DNA from: a virus
Virus record (IMG/VR): IMGVR_UViG_3300023184_008808
Location: 1-64,000 of that record
Length of the DNA stretch: 64,000 nucleotides
Reading direction: 5' to 3' (one strand)
Every line of letters begins with the position of its first letter. The first letter of the stretch is position 1. Below the pieces are notes generated by a model. The model was not told where the DNA came from, did no database searches, and was given only the letters and a program-made list of their open reading frames with translations. Position numbers and translations under genes: made by a program. Shown piece by piece: positions 29,966-39,872 of the stretch.

Positions 29966-30991
29966 ATGAGCCAAATGCGTAGCAGTTCCGTAAAATACCG
30001 CAACTTAAATAGTTCTAGGCGTTTTGGTGTTGAAATTGAAATGGGTCATGAGATTAAGAAGAAACAGGTTCAAGTCCTTCTCAACAAACATTCACTTTAT
30101 CCTACAGTTATAACAAGATATGCTCTTAGTTCTAATAATTTATATTGGCATGTTAAAGATGATGCTACTTGCGGGATTCATGGAAGATATGGCCCAAAAG
30201 GTGTAGAAATAGCTTCTTATATTGGATCTGGCATAGGTGATATTGATCATATTTCTAATACGGCTGAAAAACTAGCTCAATCAGGATGTCGAGTTAATGA
30301 CAATTGTGGTTTGCACATTCACGCCGAGGTGCTTGATTTAACTCCTGCTCAAATTGGGGTTGTTATGGCACATTGGATTAAATTTGAACATTTATTAAGT
30401 TTGGCTTTGCCTGTTCGTCGTAGAAACAATGAATTTTGTCGTTACACTATTCATCCTTGTGCTTCTAGTGCTGATTACTGTGGTAAAATTGTACGACAAG
30501 AAACTTATGATGCAATTTCTTTTTGCAATATGATTATGCCTCAAAATATTGCAATTTATGATAATCATGATCGTAGGATAAATCTGAATCTTGTTAATTT
30601 GGCTCGTAGTTTGTTTCACAAAAACTCTTATCGAAGAACCATGGAACTTCGTTGGCCAGAAGGAACTCTTGATGCCAGAGATATTCGTTGTTGGCTACAT
30701 CTTTTTTTAAGTTTTATTGAAAACACAAAGAATCGTTCTATGCCAAAGAATTTGTATTCTTGCGATCTTGATGAAGGATTGTCTTATCTTGGAATGAATC
30801 ATGAACGAGGCAAATTTATTATTTTAAGTCAGGGTCTTTTTGAAACAAAAACTTGGTTTCTTGAAAGAATTTTAAAATTTTACAAAGAAAATGTGGACTT
30901 TTCTCATAATCCAATTTATGCTGCATCGGTTGCTATTAGCACTCAAAAGGCTTTACGAAAGATGTGGCATCCTGTTCGCAAATACAATTGA
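29966..30991 (+). CDS. amidoligase (COOH-NH2 ligase) family protein
   Basis: RFGVEIE, GVEIAS, CGLHIH, TMELR. Confidence 0.85.
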   Translation: MSQMRSSSVKYRNLNSSRRFGVEIEMGHEIKKKQVQVLLNKHSLYPTVITRYALSSNNLYWHVKDDATCGIHGRYGPKGVEIASYIGSGIGDIDHISNTAEKLAQSGCRVNDNCGLHIHAEVLDLTPAQIGVVMAHWIKFEHLLSLALPVRRRNNEFCRYTIHPCASSADYCGKIVRQETYDAISFCNMIMPQNIAIYDNHDRRINLNLVNLARSLFHKNSYRRTMELRWPEGTLDARDIRCWLHLFLSFIENTKNRSMPKNLYSCDLDEGLSYLGMNHERGKFIILSQGLFETKTWFLERILKFYKENVDFSHNPIYAASVAISTQKALRKMWHPVRKYN

Positions 30992-31066
30992 AAAGCTTTG
31001 AAATGTGTATATAATTTAACAACTGAATTACTTTAACTTACTTTCAACATTACCAAGGAACTTTAA

Positions 31067-31600
31067 ATGACTACTGCAAATTACCATAATCTTGTATTGA
31101 ATAATGTTTCTATGGCCAAAAAAATGGCTCGATCTCGCAAGAGATCTACTTATAATATAACTTTTGATGAATTGGAATCAGCTGCAATGCTTGGCCTTGT
31201 TCAAGCAGCCAATTCTTATGGAGATCAAGAAAAAGATCTTTTTCCTCGTTATGCTAAATTTCGCATTTATGGTGCTATGAATGATTATCTTAGGGAACTT
31301 GGTTGGGGACCTAGAAATAAATGGTTGAATCGAGATTTTAATTTTTGTATTGAAGAAATACCTGAGGTTATTGTTGATCGTGATACTAATGATTTTTTTG
31401 ACATATTGTTAGAATGTTTGCCTGTCAACCATCGAGTCATGATGAAAAGATACTATATTGATGGTGACAAAATCACTAAAATTTCTAATGATTTTAAACT
31501 TGCAGAATCAAGAATTTCACAAATACTTACAAATTCTAGATTAAAGCTGCAAGAGGTATGGGAAGATAGGCGTTATGAATTGTGGAAATTGGTAGCTTAA
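31067..31600 (+). CDS. sigma-70 family factor (FliA/WhiG-like)
   Basis: DELESAAMLGLVQAA, YAKFRIYGAMNDYLR, ESRISQI. Confidence 0.88.
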   Translation: MTTANYHNLVLNNVSMAKKMARSRKRSTYNITFDELESAAMLGLVQAANSYGDQEKDLFPRYAKFRIYGAMNDYLRELGWGPRNKWLNRDFNFCIEEIPEVIVDRDTNDFFDILLECLPVNHRVMMKRYYIDGDKITKISNDFKLAESRISQILTNSRLKLQEVWEDRRYELWKLVA

Positions 31601-31618
31601 ATAAGGTAGGAGAGCGCT

Positions 31619-32533
31619 ATGAATGCTTTAGTCATTTTATTAGGTTTACTTTTGACTCCTGATCAAAAATCTGTGAAGTCTCCCATTATTACACCTGATT
31701 TAAATCCTTCAAAACAAGAAGTTGAGCCTTCTGTTATAGAAGCACCACTTGAAGATCCAGAGCTTAAAAATCTTGAATGGAATCGTTATGTCACTAAGAA
31801 TTTTACAATTCTTAGCATTGACAATGAACGAGGTAAGTTGCTTGCTGAAAACATTGAGGCCATGAAAGCTTCTGCTTTAGTTAGATGGGGTTTTCCAGAT
31901 GTAACTTTCACAAAAGAATGTCGAGTATTTTGTGTTCCTTCTTACAGTTTGTTAAAGAAATTTTTTAATATTAACTCTGGTCGTGTTCAAAGTCGCAAGG
32001 ATTTAAATGTAATTTGGTTTGTGCTTGATGATAAACCTAGTAAAGCTATTTTGCCTTTGATAACTCAAATTGCTTTGAATGAATATGAAATTGCTCAAAA
32101 GACTATTTTGCCTTTTTGGTTTAAGCGTGGGGCTTTTATTTTGAATGGCCCTGTTGCAGACATTCGTCAAGAATTAACCAATTTTAATGATATTGCTCGT
32201 AAAGAGCAGTTTACTCATACGGCTGAACAAATGCTTGTTAGCACCGAAGAAGAATATAACAAGCAAAGTGCCGAAAACAAAAAGATATATGATGAGCAGG
32301 CCGTTTGTTTGTGTCTGCTTTTACGCAAAGAGTTTGGAGAAGTAAAGTTGCAGGGTTTTTTAAGAATTCTCTCTCGTAATAAACCTGATATTGCAATAGC
32401 TGTTGTTTATTTTTTCAAAGATTTGGCTAGCTTAGATAAAAGCTATGTTAGATTCATGAAAGATTTATCTGCGGATATTGTGCGAAATGAAACTCCTGAT
32501 TCTTATTTGATAATTACACCCGTTCAGAAGTAA
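31619..32533 (+). CDS. secreted peptidase-MA-like protein lacking HExxH
   Basis: Signal peptide; TKNFTI, ILPLITQIAL, LPFWFKRG, YDEQA. Confidence 0.55.
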   Translation: MNALVILLGLLLTPDQKSVKSPIITPDLNPSKQEVEPSVIEAPLEDPELKNLEWNRYVTKNFTILSIDNERGKLLAENIEAMKASALVRWGFPDVTFTKECRVFCVPSYSLLKKFFNINSGRVQSRKDLNVIWFVLDDKPSKAILPLITQIALNEYEIAQKTILPFWFKRGAFILNGPVADIRQELTNFNDIARKEQFTHTAEQMLVSTEEEYNKQSAENKKIYDEQAVCLCLLLRKEFGEVKLQGFLRILSRNKPDIAIAVVYFFKDLASLDKSYVRFMKDLSADIVRNETPDSYLIITPVQK

Positions 32534-32541
32534 GGAGCAAC

Positions 32542-32841
32542 ATGTTTTTGCTTTTATCTTGGCTTATATTTGGTTTACTTGTTGGTTGGATTTCTAAGAA
32601 GCTTCATCCGGGCGATGACCCAGTTGGTTTTATTCCTACAGTTGGAATTGGTGTTGCTGGTTCATTCATAGGAGGAGCAATCAATTGGTTGCTTGGAATG
32701 GGTAGTCAACCTTTTCAGGCATCAGGTTTAATTATGTCAATTCTTGGAGGCATCGTGGCTTGTGCCGTTTGGCGTTGGTATAATTTGAAGTTTTCTGAAA
32801 ATGGTCCTAAAAGTTTTTTTACAGGCAAGTCACTCCGTTAA
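32542..32841 (+). CDS. GlsB/YeaQ/YmgE family membrane protein
   Basis: WLIFGLLVGWISK.LHPG, GVAGSFIGG. Confidence 0.88.
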   Translation: MFLLLSWLIFGLLVGWISKKLHPGDDPVGFIPTVGIGVAGSFIGGAINWLLGMGSQPFQASGLIMSILGGIVACAVWRWYNLKFSENGPKSFFTGKSLR

Positions 32842-32866
32842 ATTATCTGAGAGCAAGGAAAGTTGA

Positions 32867-33088
32867 ATGCTCGACCCCAAAGTTGTTGAAAAGTTGAAAG
32901 AAAAATATCCTAATCTTCACCCTTTGCTTTTTCACAGGTCAGTTGAAAGAGCAAAGAGTAATGGTGATCTTTTTGATATTCTTGATACAGTTCCTGAAAA
33001 ATATCCTGTGCGATGGTGTGAGCGTGAATGCCGTTGGATAGAGGTTAATGATCTTTATTTATTAGATGATTTTGAACAACTCCAGTAG
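32867..33088 (+). CDS. hypothetical protein
   Basis: SD AAGGA. Confidence 0.65.
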   Translation: MLDPKVVEKLKEKYPNLHPLLFHRSVERAKSNGDLFDILDTVPEKYPVRWCERECRWIEVNDLYLLDDFEQLQ

Positions 33089-33099
33089 TAACATTACCT

Positions 33100-33753
33100 A
33101 TGCGACTCTATGAAGAATATTTGCAGCGACATGGCATCGTTGATGTTCCATTGGTGCATCACTCTTCTTATTCCAGTATTTTTTTAAATTTACCTCATAG
33201 CTTAGATTTGCAAAATCTTTCTATATGGGAATCTATTCACAATAACACTAATGTTCGTGCTGGATTTTTAGAAGTTGTTTGGAGTAAATCAGAAAATCGT
33301 CCGGGGCGTTATAATTTAGGATTTTATTATATCGGTCATGATTCTTATTATAATGGAAACATAAGATTTAAATATCATAAGGTAGTTGAATTGCTATGGG
33401 ACGAATATGAGTTTTACATTTTCAATCTTGTAAACTCATTGAACTCTTCTCATTTGTTTCATAGTGAAAGCAAGGCAATATTAGCTGGTTGGGAGTTGTT
33501 TGTGCATGGTTGTGATTACTTTTTCTCTCAACAAAGCGGAGATTTAAAATATCTTTTGTTTCACAGCTTAGATAAAGAAAATGATGAATCCTATAGATTG
33601 GGTTACATCAATGAAGTATTGCGTAGAATTTATAATTCTCAACCTTTGTTAGTAAGATATTGGGAAGAAGAAATTTTGAATCGTATACGCAATCAGTCTG
33701 AATGGTTGATAAAATTGATTGAATTAAAATGCAAAAAAAATACGCACCAGTAA
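33100..33753 (+). CDS. hypothetical protein
   Basis: ORF. Confidence 0.65.
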   Translation: MRLYEEYLQRHGIVDVPLVHHSSYSSIFLNLPHSLDLQNLSIWESIHNNTNVRAGFLEVVWSKSENRPGRYNLGFYYIGHDSYYNGNIRFKYHKVVELLWDEYEFYIFNLVNSLNSSHLFHSESKAILAGWELFVHGCDYFFSQQSGDLKYLLFHSLDKENDESYRLGYINEVLRRIYNSQPLLVRYWEEEILNRIRNQSEWLIKLIELKCKKNTHQ

Positions 33754-34547
33754 GAGTTAAAAATCCCTCAGCTAAGAATGTCTTAATTCGATTGTTGCAA
33801 GGACAACAACTTAATCTTGTATTTGATAAACCTAATTTTTTAGAATATAAAATTGATATTGCAGGATCTTTTCTTGCTGTGGATGATATTATTCAAATAA
33901 ATTCTGGTTGGGTTGCAAATATAACTCAAAAAAATCAAGATGTTAATTTGGAAAGCGCTTTATTTTTGGGCGAAATAAGTTTATACAATAATGACAATAT
34001 AAAAAGTTCTAGCTTGTGTGTTGTAACCAATGCATCGAACAATGATGTTCTGCGAATAGTTAATCCTACAGACTGCAACATTAGTGTTGAGCCTCATCAA
34101 GTTCTTGAAGTTGTGTTTAAAGGAAAAAGTTTGACAGAGCGTTGGGTGCCATTTCCAAGTGGCAAAGAAATGGTTCTTGAACAAATTCAGCATTCATTTA
34201 ACAAGTCTTGCAACATTAAAAATTTTGATCTAATATTTGAAGAAACTCATCGATTCAGATTTAATGCTGCAAGTATTGAATATTTGTCTGAAAAACCAGT
34301 AGGAAAATATGATGGCGGCAATTTATTTTTTACAGGCTTTGGTCGAAATTGTACGCTTGGTATTACATGTTCTTGGAAAGGAAAAGGACAACTTTATAAT
34401 GCACTTTTGTTGCCAAAACATATTGGATCAACATCTCCTTTTAAAGGATGGGGTCGCATTAAAAAGTGTTTGCATTCTGAAGTTACTTTGTGCAAAATAG
34501 ATTGTCCATCTATAGAAACAGGTTGTGTTATATTAACATCAGGATAA
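33729..34547 (+). CDS. hypothetical protein
   Basis: ORF. Confidence 0.65.
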   Translation: MQKKYAPVRVKNPSAKNVLIRLLQGQQLNLVFDKPNFLEYKIDIAGSFLAVDDIIQINSGWVANITQKNQDVNLESALFLGEISLYNNDNIKSSSLCVVTNASNNDVLRIVNPTDCNISVEPHQVLEVVFKGKSLTERWVPFPSGKEMVLEQIQHSFNKSCNIKNFDLIFEETHRFRFNAASIEYLSEKPVGKYDGGNLFFTGFGRNCTLGITCSWKGKGQLYNALLLPKHIGSTSPFKGWGRIKKCLHSEVTLCKIDCPSIETGCVILTSG

Positions 34548-34551
34548 ATTT

Positions 34552-35211
34552 ATGAAAATTGAATTTTTACCTGATAGGAATATAACGCTTGTTTATTGTT
34601 CTCCCCCTATTGGTAACTTTGGTCTTGAACATTTTGATGGTCACATTACAGTTTGGGATCATTGTCGTGAACAATTTGCTGTTAAATATACAGAAAAAAT
34701 TGCTGGTTTTTACATGTCTCACAATCAGGGCGTGGGAAATAATATTGCTCGTTTTTTAACGAAATTTGAGCGTATTGTAAAGACTAGTGGTCGTTATAAA
34801 AATATGAAATATAGTAAATTTGCCAAAACAAATAATCCTTTGATTATTTACATTGAACCAAGTGATTTTTGGCGGAACTGTTATTTCAAGCGTTCTCTTC
34901 TTACAATTCTTGTTCGTTGTGGAATGAATTATGATTTTAAAAAAGACAATTTTGATGACGCTCTTTTTAGTGTAGATTATAAAGAATCAACCTATCTTAA
35001 AGAAACCAAGCCTGCTGTTTTGCGATTTATGTTTGGATTTACACACTATAACGGTGTTGTTCCTCCATTTCTTGAAACAACTGTTTTAAAACATGGTTGG
35101 CGTGAAGAGTTTCAAAAACTTGATGAAACAGCTATTCGCAATCGTTTAATTTTGCCTCCCGGAATTAAAAAGCAACCTAATATTGTTGGTGCAGAATCGC
35201 TTTGGGTTTAG
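34552..35211 (+). CDS. hypothetical protein, paralog of 7442-8011
   Basis: HCRE, KRSLLTILVRCG, KDNFDD, HGW. Confidence 0.75.
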   Translation: MKIEFLPDRNITLVYCSPPIGNFGLEHFDGHITVWDHCREQFAVKYTEKIAGFYMSHNQGVGNNIARFLTKFERIVKTSGRYKNMKYSKFAKTNNPLIIYIEPSDFWRNCYFKRSLLTILVRCGMNYDFKKDNFDDALFSVDYKESTYLKETKPAVLRFMFGFTHYNGVVPPFLETTVLKHGWREEFQKLDETAIRNRLILPPGIKKQPNIVGAESLWV

Positions 35212-35238
35212 CCTTCCTAGATATGGTAGGAGGTAACC

Positions 35239-35724
35239 ATGAGCGATCAATTAGAAGCATTGGCCAGAAAACCAAAAATTGAAGAATCTATTCCTATTTG
35301 GATTAAGATTTTTGGTGGTTCTATTGTAAGTGTCCTTTTTCTTTGCATAATTACTGTTGTTGGATATGTGGTCAATAATCTAAATAGCTTGCAAATTCAA
35401 ATCAATACCCTTACTTCACAAATGATAACTAAAGATGAAAATACGGCACAACACAAGGTTATGTGGGACACTTTTATGGGGCAAATTAAAACCACACAAG
35501 ATACGCTCGCACCAGTTAAAGAACGAGTTAGCACCTGTGAACAACTTGCTAAAGAAAGGCAAGTAGCAGTAGAAAAAATTGAAGCTAGGCAGATTTTTCA
35601 GGAAAAATCGATAGAAACTTTAAATTTTCAATTGCGGGAAGAAATTAAATCTTTGCAAAAAGATTTACAACTTTTGCGTGAGCGTTTGGCATCTATTGAA
35701 GGTAAGATAGCTGAAAAGAAATAA
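35239..35724 (+). CDS. TM plus coiled-coil protein
   Basis: One TM then long heptads; TAGATA and SD GGAGGT upstream. Confidence 0.75.
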   Translation: MSDQLEALARKPKIEESIPIWIKIFGGSIVSVLFLCIITVVGYVVNNLNSLQIQINTLTSQMITKDENTAQHKVMWDTFMGQIKTTQDTLAPVKERVSTCEQLAKERQVAVEKIEARQIFQEKSIETLNFQLREEIKSLQKDLQLLRERLASIEGKIAEKK

Positions 35725-35735
35725 GGGGTTCTGTT

Positions 35736-36533
35736 TTGAAAAATAGCGGACAATGGTTTTTTACAGCAGATACACATTTTGGACATGCAAACATCATTAA
35801 GTATTGCAAACGCCCATTTTTGAACCGTGACCAGTTAGATCTTTGTGATCTTATCAATTCTGGAACAATTCCTCATACAGATTTAACAGTGACAACTTCG
35901 GTTGTTAATGCTATGGATGATTTTATTCTCCATAGCATTAACTCTACAGTTGATAAAGATGATAACTTAGTGATCATAGGTGATTTCTGCTTTTCTAAAT
36001 CTAATCAAATTTTAGAGATAACTCGTAATTATCGTAATCGCATTAAATGTAAAAATGTTTTTTTAGTATTTGGAAATCATGATCATCGAGATGCTTGCCG
36101 TGAGGTATTTACTAACTGTTATGATAACTATTTATTTAAAATTGATGGACATCTAATTTTCACTACTCATTATCCTTGCAGATCATGGGATCGTGCTAGT
36201 CATGGTAGTTGGTGTCTTTATGGTCATGTGCATAATAAGTTTCATCCTTTTGATAACGGCAGGCTAATGCCTTATGATAATGCTGTTCTTCAAGAGGGAT
36301 TTAGCTCAATATTAAAAAGACATAACATTCATGAAAGTGCAATTATTGTAAATGATCTTCTTGCTGCCGTGGCAAGTCTGAACGGATCGGAACTAACTCT
36401 TGATGTGGGAGTTGATAATGTTCGAGAAGGAGTGCCTTTTGGCACACCATGGGGCATGATCGATTTGCGTATTTATATGCAACAAAAGCAACAAGCATGG
36501 CTGTTAAGAAAAAATCGCAATTATAAAAATTAG
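35736..36533 (+). CDS. calcineurin-like metallophosphoesterase
   Basis: DTHFGH, GDF, GNHD, GHVH, DVGVD. Confidence 0.9.
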   Translation: MKNSGQWFFTADTHFGHANIIKYCKRPFLNRDQLDLCDLINSGTIPHTDLTVTTSVVNAMDDFILHSINSTVDKDDNLVIIGDFCFSKSNQILEITRNYRNRIKCKNVFLVFGNHDHRDACREVFTNCYDNYLFKIDGHLIFTTHYPCRSWDRASHGSWCLYGHVHNKFHPFDNGRLMPYDNAVLQEGFSSILKRHNIHESAIIVNDLLAAVASLNGSELTLDVGVDNVREGVPFGTPWGMIDLRIYMQQKQQAWLLRKNRNYKN

Positions 36534-36539
36534 TTTTGC

Positions 36540-36568
36540 TTTACAACCAAACTTATTTTGAATATAAT
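36540..36568 (+). promoter_or_regulatory. sigma70-like promoter
   Basis: TTTACA-17-TATAAT. Confidence 0.7.
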
Positions 36569-36605
36569 CATGGTGTTTCGATAATTAAAACCATGAAGTT
36601 TAATC

Positions 36606-37181
36606 ATGCAGTCTTTTTCTTTAGTTATAATCCCTGTTGCTCCGAAAGCACAAGATTATATGCATCTTGCTGAAAAGTTTGCTTATATATTTTGCTTGCC
36701 ACAGGATCGAAGGAATATCAAAGATTCTGAATTTTATTCATTGGCTTGTGTATGGCTATGTCGTGCAGTAAAAAAATACACTCATAGTAAGGGTGATTTT
36801 GAAAGTTATGCTGGAATGACTATTAGAAATGGTTTGATAAGTCACATCAGATATTTAAATCGTAAAAGGCGTAATAAAAAATCTGCTCATCTTGCAGATT
36901 TTCAATTAGATAATTTAGTTGATCACAGTAAAAGTGAACTTGATCAGCATTTAGATGAAGAAGTTAATACTAGACTTGTGGATTTTGTTTTAAAAACCCA
37001 TAAGAAAGAAACAGATCAAGATAGGGATGATAAAGAGTTGATGTTAGATATTTATTATCGTGGTAAAACTGTTTTTGATCTCGCAAAGGAACATTCATGC
37101 ACTCGCATGACTATTTACAACAGGATTCAAAGAATTGTCAATAAGATTCGCCAATGGTATTCAGTAGCAGGCAAAAATTGA
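36606..37181 (+). CDS. sigma-70 family factor
   Basis: LCRAVKKY...FESYA..IRN; region 4 LAKEHSCTRMTIYNRI. Confidence 0.8.
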   Translation: MQSFSLVIIPVAPKAQDYMHLAEKFAYIFCLPQDRRNIKDSEFYSLACVWLCRAVKKYTHSKGDFESYAGMTIRNGLISHIRYLNRKRRNKKSAHLADFQLDNLVDHSKSELDQHLDEEVNTRLVDFVLKTHKKETDQDRDDKELMLDIYYRGKTVFDLAKEHSCTRMTIYNRIQRIVNKIRQWYSVAGKN

Positions 37182-37290
37182 TGTTGATTTTCAATGTTTA
37201 GCCTGTTTATAAAATCACTCTGGTGCAAGAGTGATGTAGCATAGGGGCAAGGTGCACCACTTGTTCCAAGTTTGTTGGAGATAAACTTTT

Positions 37291-37635
37291 ATGAACAGGA
37301 TGTTGTTGGGATTGGCTTTGATGTTTGGTCTTGCTTCCGTCAGTGAAGGTGCGCCTTTTCGCATTTTTAATCGGAATGCAACGAAAAATGATTCTTCTCG
37401 TCCTGTGATAAGTGTTTTCTTGGGTTCGGCCCAAGCTGCAGCTAATCACATGGCTTCTATGTGCCGAATGGGGCATTTTGGCAATCCGACAGGCGGGTAT
37501 GAAGGAGTTGGTATGGGTTCATCTCCTCAATCAGCTATTAGTGCTTGTTGCTATTATGGTAAACGCCCACTTCGTGATTCTGGTGTTGCACAAGGATCTA
37601 ACGGAATGTGGTACGCCTGCTGTCGTTACAATTAA
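37291..37635 (+). CDS. secreted Cys-rich protein (truncated CAP-like)
   Basis: Signal peptide; MGH.G...YEGVG, CCYY, GVAQG.NG.WYACCRY. Confidence 0.7.
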   Translation: MNRMLLGLALMFGLASVSEGAPFRIFNRNATKNDSSRPVISVFLGSAQAAANHMASMCRMGHFGNPTGGYEGVGMGSSPQSAISACCYYGKRPLRDSGVAQGSNGMWYACCRYN

Positions 37636-37653
37636 CGATAAGGCATAATTCTT

Positions 37654-37709
37654 GGATGGACAAACCACTCTGGCAGGAAACACATTGTGTGTTGGTGGTT
37701 TGTTCATCC
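37654..37709. repeat. 15-bp inverted repeat (RNA hairpin) downstream of the gene
   Basis: GGATGGACAAACCAC/GTGGTTTGTTCATCC. Confidence 0.75.
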
Positions 37710-37942
37710 TTGTTTTATTCTTGAATAAAATTTTGATTTTAAATTAAAGAAATATGGAGATCAATAAGTGGCTGAAGATAGAGTAAAGTGTGGAAGATTG
37801 ATGTATAAACGCAAGCAGAGATAAAAGTCAAAAAGAAAAAGAAAATGTAATGGTTTGGCTAAGAGTGCCTTTTTAACCCTTTTCTTTTTTCTTTTGGCAA
37901 TTTACAATTGTACAAGATTACTTTTAATTTAAGGATTGTTTT

Positions 37943-38752
37943 ATGAATCCTATTTTTTCTGTTGAACAAAAGGTTATATTTAGAAATCAAGATGTTGTCA
38001 TTAAAGCTGTCGGCAAATGTGCTGATGGTAAGCCCAAATATTATTGCAATATGGGTTTGGTAGGCCTTGGGATGTGGATTCCTGAATCTCAATTGCAAAG
38101 TGGCAATTCTCAAGGTCCGCCAATTGTTTCTTTCAACAGGCGCATGCCTCACCTATGTATTGTTGATAATTTTTATAAAAACCCTGATGAAATCAGGGCT
38201 TTGGCATTAGAGCAACATTATGAGGCTGACATTCGTTTTTATAAAGGAAAGCGAACTAAAGATCGTTTTCTTTGGCCATTCTTAAAGGAAGAATTTGAGC
38301 GCATTCTTGGTCGTCCTATTGTTGATTGGTTAAACCAGCCTGCAAATGGCTGTTTCCAAATTACTGGTTATGATGATCCGCTTGTTTATCATAGTGATAA
38401 TCAAAGTTATGCTGCTGCTATTTATCTAACTCCTCATGCACCAGTTAGTGCTGGAACTAGTTTTTGGCAAGATAAAAAACATCATGCTCGTCGGCCAACC
38501 GATCACCCGATGGAATATGATCGTTATCCAGATGATGAAACTCGCAAACAAGTTTACCTAGAAGTTTACACAGAATATAATATTACACACCCAGATAACT
38601 GGGAACTTGTGGATAAGGTGGGAGCAGTTTATAATCGTCTTGCTATTTGGGATGCTCAAATGATTCATTCGGCAAGCACTTATGAAGGGTTGCCCAGTGA
38701 TGCTGTTGATAAATCAAGATTGGTTCAATTGTTTTTTTTCACTGTAAAGTAA
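37943..38752 (+). CDS. 2OG-Fe(II) oxygenase-like protein (DUF6445-like)
   Basis: IVDNFY.NPD, HSD, AAAIYLTP, GTSF, YNRL, IHSA, RLVQLFFF. Confidence 0.8.
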   Translation: MNPIFSVEQKVIFRNQDVVIKAVGKCADGKPKYYCNMGLVGLGMWIPESQLQSGNSQGPPIVSFNRRMPHLCIVDNFYKNPDEIRALALEQHYEADIRFYKGKRTKDRFLWPFLKEEFERILGRPIVDWLNQPANGCFQITGYDDPLVYHSDNQSYAAAIYLTPHAPVSAGTSFWQDKKHHARRPTDHPMEYDRYPDDETRKQVYLEVYTEYNITHPDNWELVDKVGAVYNRLAIWDAQMIHSASTYEGLPSDAVDKSRLVQLFFFTVK

Positions 38753-38758
38753 TATGTC

Positions 38759-38791
38759 AAAGCCTCTTCAAAATGAAGGGGCTTTATTTTT
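38759..38791 (+). terminator. intrinsic terminator
   Basis: AAAGCCTCTTCA/TGAAGGGGCTTT. Confidence 0.7.
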
Positions 38792-38805
38792 AGGTTTAAA
38801 TTTTT

Positions 38806-39168
38806 ATGAGTAATTCTCAAAAGTTTGCAAATACTATTGAATCTCTTATGCACGCCATGGCTGAGGATATAGTGAAAGAGAGATTGGTTGATGTGTTGAA
38901 AAATATTGATTGGAGTCGAGAAATTGAAAAACGCATTGATCTTTATAGTCTTATTTGTGACAAGATAGATTTAATTGAATTGGTTAAAAATGAAGTTGAT
39001 TGGGAAAAGTTGGCCCATGAACAATTGATGCCAAAAGCTTTAGTCCAATTTCGCTCACTACATGAACTTTCGATGGTAAAATCTGTTGTTGAAAAATCAC
39101 AAGTGTCAATTGCTCGTAAGCATAATACTTTTTGGAAGCGGTTGTGTTGGTTTTTTAGAGGGGTCTGA
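38806..39168 (+). CDS. hypothetical protein
   Basis: ORF ending FWKRLCWFFRG. Confidence 0.65.
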   Translation: MSNSQKFANTIESLMHAMAEDIVKERLVDVLKNIDWSREIEKRIDLYSLICDKIDLIELVKNEVDWEKLAHEQLMPKALVQFRSLHELSMVKSVVEKSQVSIARKHNTFWKRLCWFFRGV

Positions 39169-39169
39169 T

Positions 39170-39277
39170 ATGACTTCTGTTGAAGAATGGCAGATTACTG
39201 TCATATTAGTTGGAATTATAGTAATTGGTCCTTTGGCTTATATTTGTCTTTTAAAAAAGTGGTTTGGTGAAGAGTAA
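39170..39277 (+). CDS. small TM protein
   Basis: SD GAGGGG; hydrophobic core. Confidence 0.55.
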   Translation: MTSVEEWQITVILVGIIVIGPLAYICLLKKWFGEE

Positions 39278-39284
39278 ATATTTT

Positions 39285-39397
39285 AGAGCATTCGTGCTTC
39301 GATGCCACCAATGACCATCAGTGCAGTCTAGGATGACCTCTAGCTTAAATTGTGAGAGCCTCGGCTCAAAACATGCTGATAGAGGTGGATCTTTTTT
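39285..39397 (+). ncRNA. candidate structured ncRNA
   Basis: TAAATA upstream; UUCG hairpin; CCTCTA/TAGAGG stem with an inner GAGC/GCTC hairpin; T-run at the end. Confidence 0.45.
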
Positions 39398-39417
39398 GAT
39401 TGTTTAGTTTTTTTGAT

Positions 39418-39525
39418 ACACAAGCTGCTGAAGTTTTATTTTTCTCAGCGTGAGAGTTTGTTTGCTTATTGATTTGTTTTCTTTGATTTTTATGCTCACA
39501 CGGGATGCCATATCCCAGCTTGTGT
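39418..39525. ncRNA. candidate four-way-junction RNA
   Basis: 10-bp closing stem ACACAAGCTG/CAGCTTGTGT enclosing three hairpins. Confidence 0.45.
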
Positions 39526-39721
39526 TTAATTTTTAATGTCTTTTTAGTTAAAAAAATAAAAAATCATGTATATAATTTTGATGAACTGTTTTTAAAACAG
39601 CATCATTTTTTAAATTTGATAACTAAATTTGATAGCAGAATACTAAATTTTAAAAGCAAAAAACTGCTATAATTAGACCTTGTATAACTTATAGTTAATA
39701 TTATTTTAAAGACGAAAGTCG

Positions 39722-39760
39722 AAAAATCCTTTGGCGACATAGAGCACCAAAGGATTTTTT
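39722..39760. terminator. bidirectional terminator-like hairpin
   Basis: AAAAATCCTTTGG/CCAAAGGATTTTT. Confidence 0.65.
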
Positions 39761-39789
39761 ATTTGATTCACCATACTATTTTTTGTCAT

Positions 39790-39860
39790 GCCCTTTTAGT
39801 TAAATGGTATAACGGCTGACTTGTAATCAGCGGTTGCCAGTTCGATTCTGGCATAGGGCT
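39790..39860 (+). tRNA. tRNA-Thr(UGU)
   Basis: Anticodon arm GCTGA-CTTGTAA-TCAGC; T-arm GCCAG-TTCGATT-CTGGC; one U-U mismatch in the acceptor stem; CCA not encoded. Confidence 0.9.
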
Positions 39861-39872
39861 TAAAATTTAATC

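Noticed and set aside
37710-38152. Short ORFs in this gap, including 37859-38152 minus
   Set aside because: Low-complexity or antisense to the oxygenase gene, with no supporting signals. Most other short nested or antisense ORFs in the track were dropped for the same reason.
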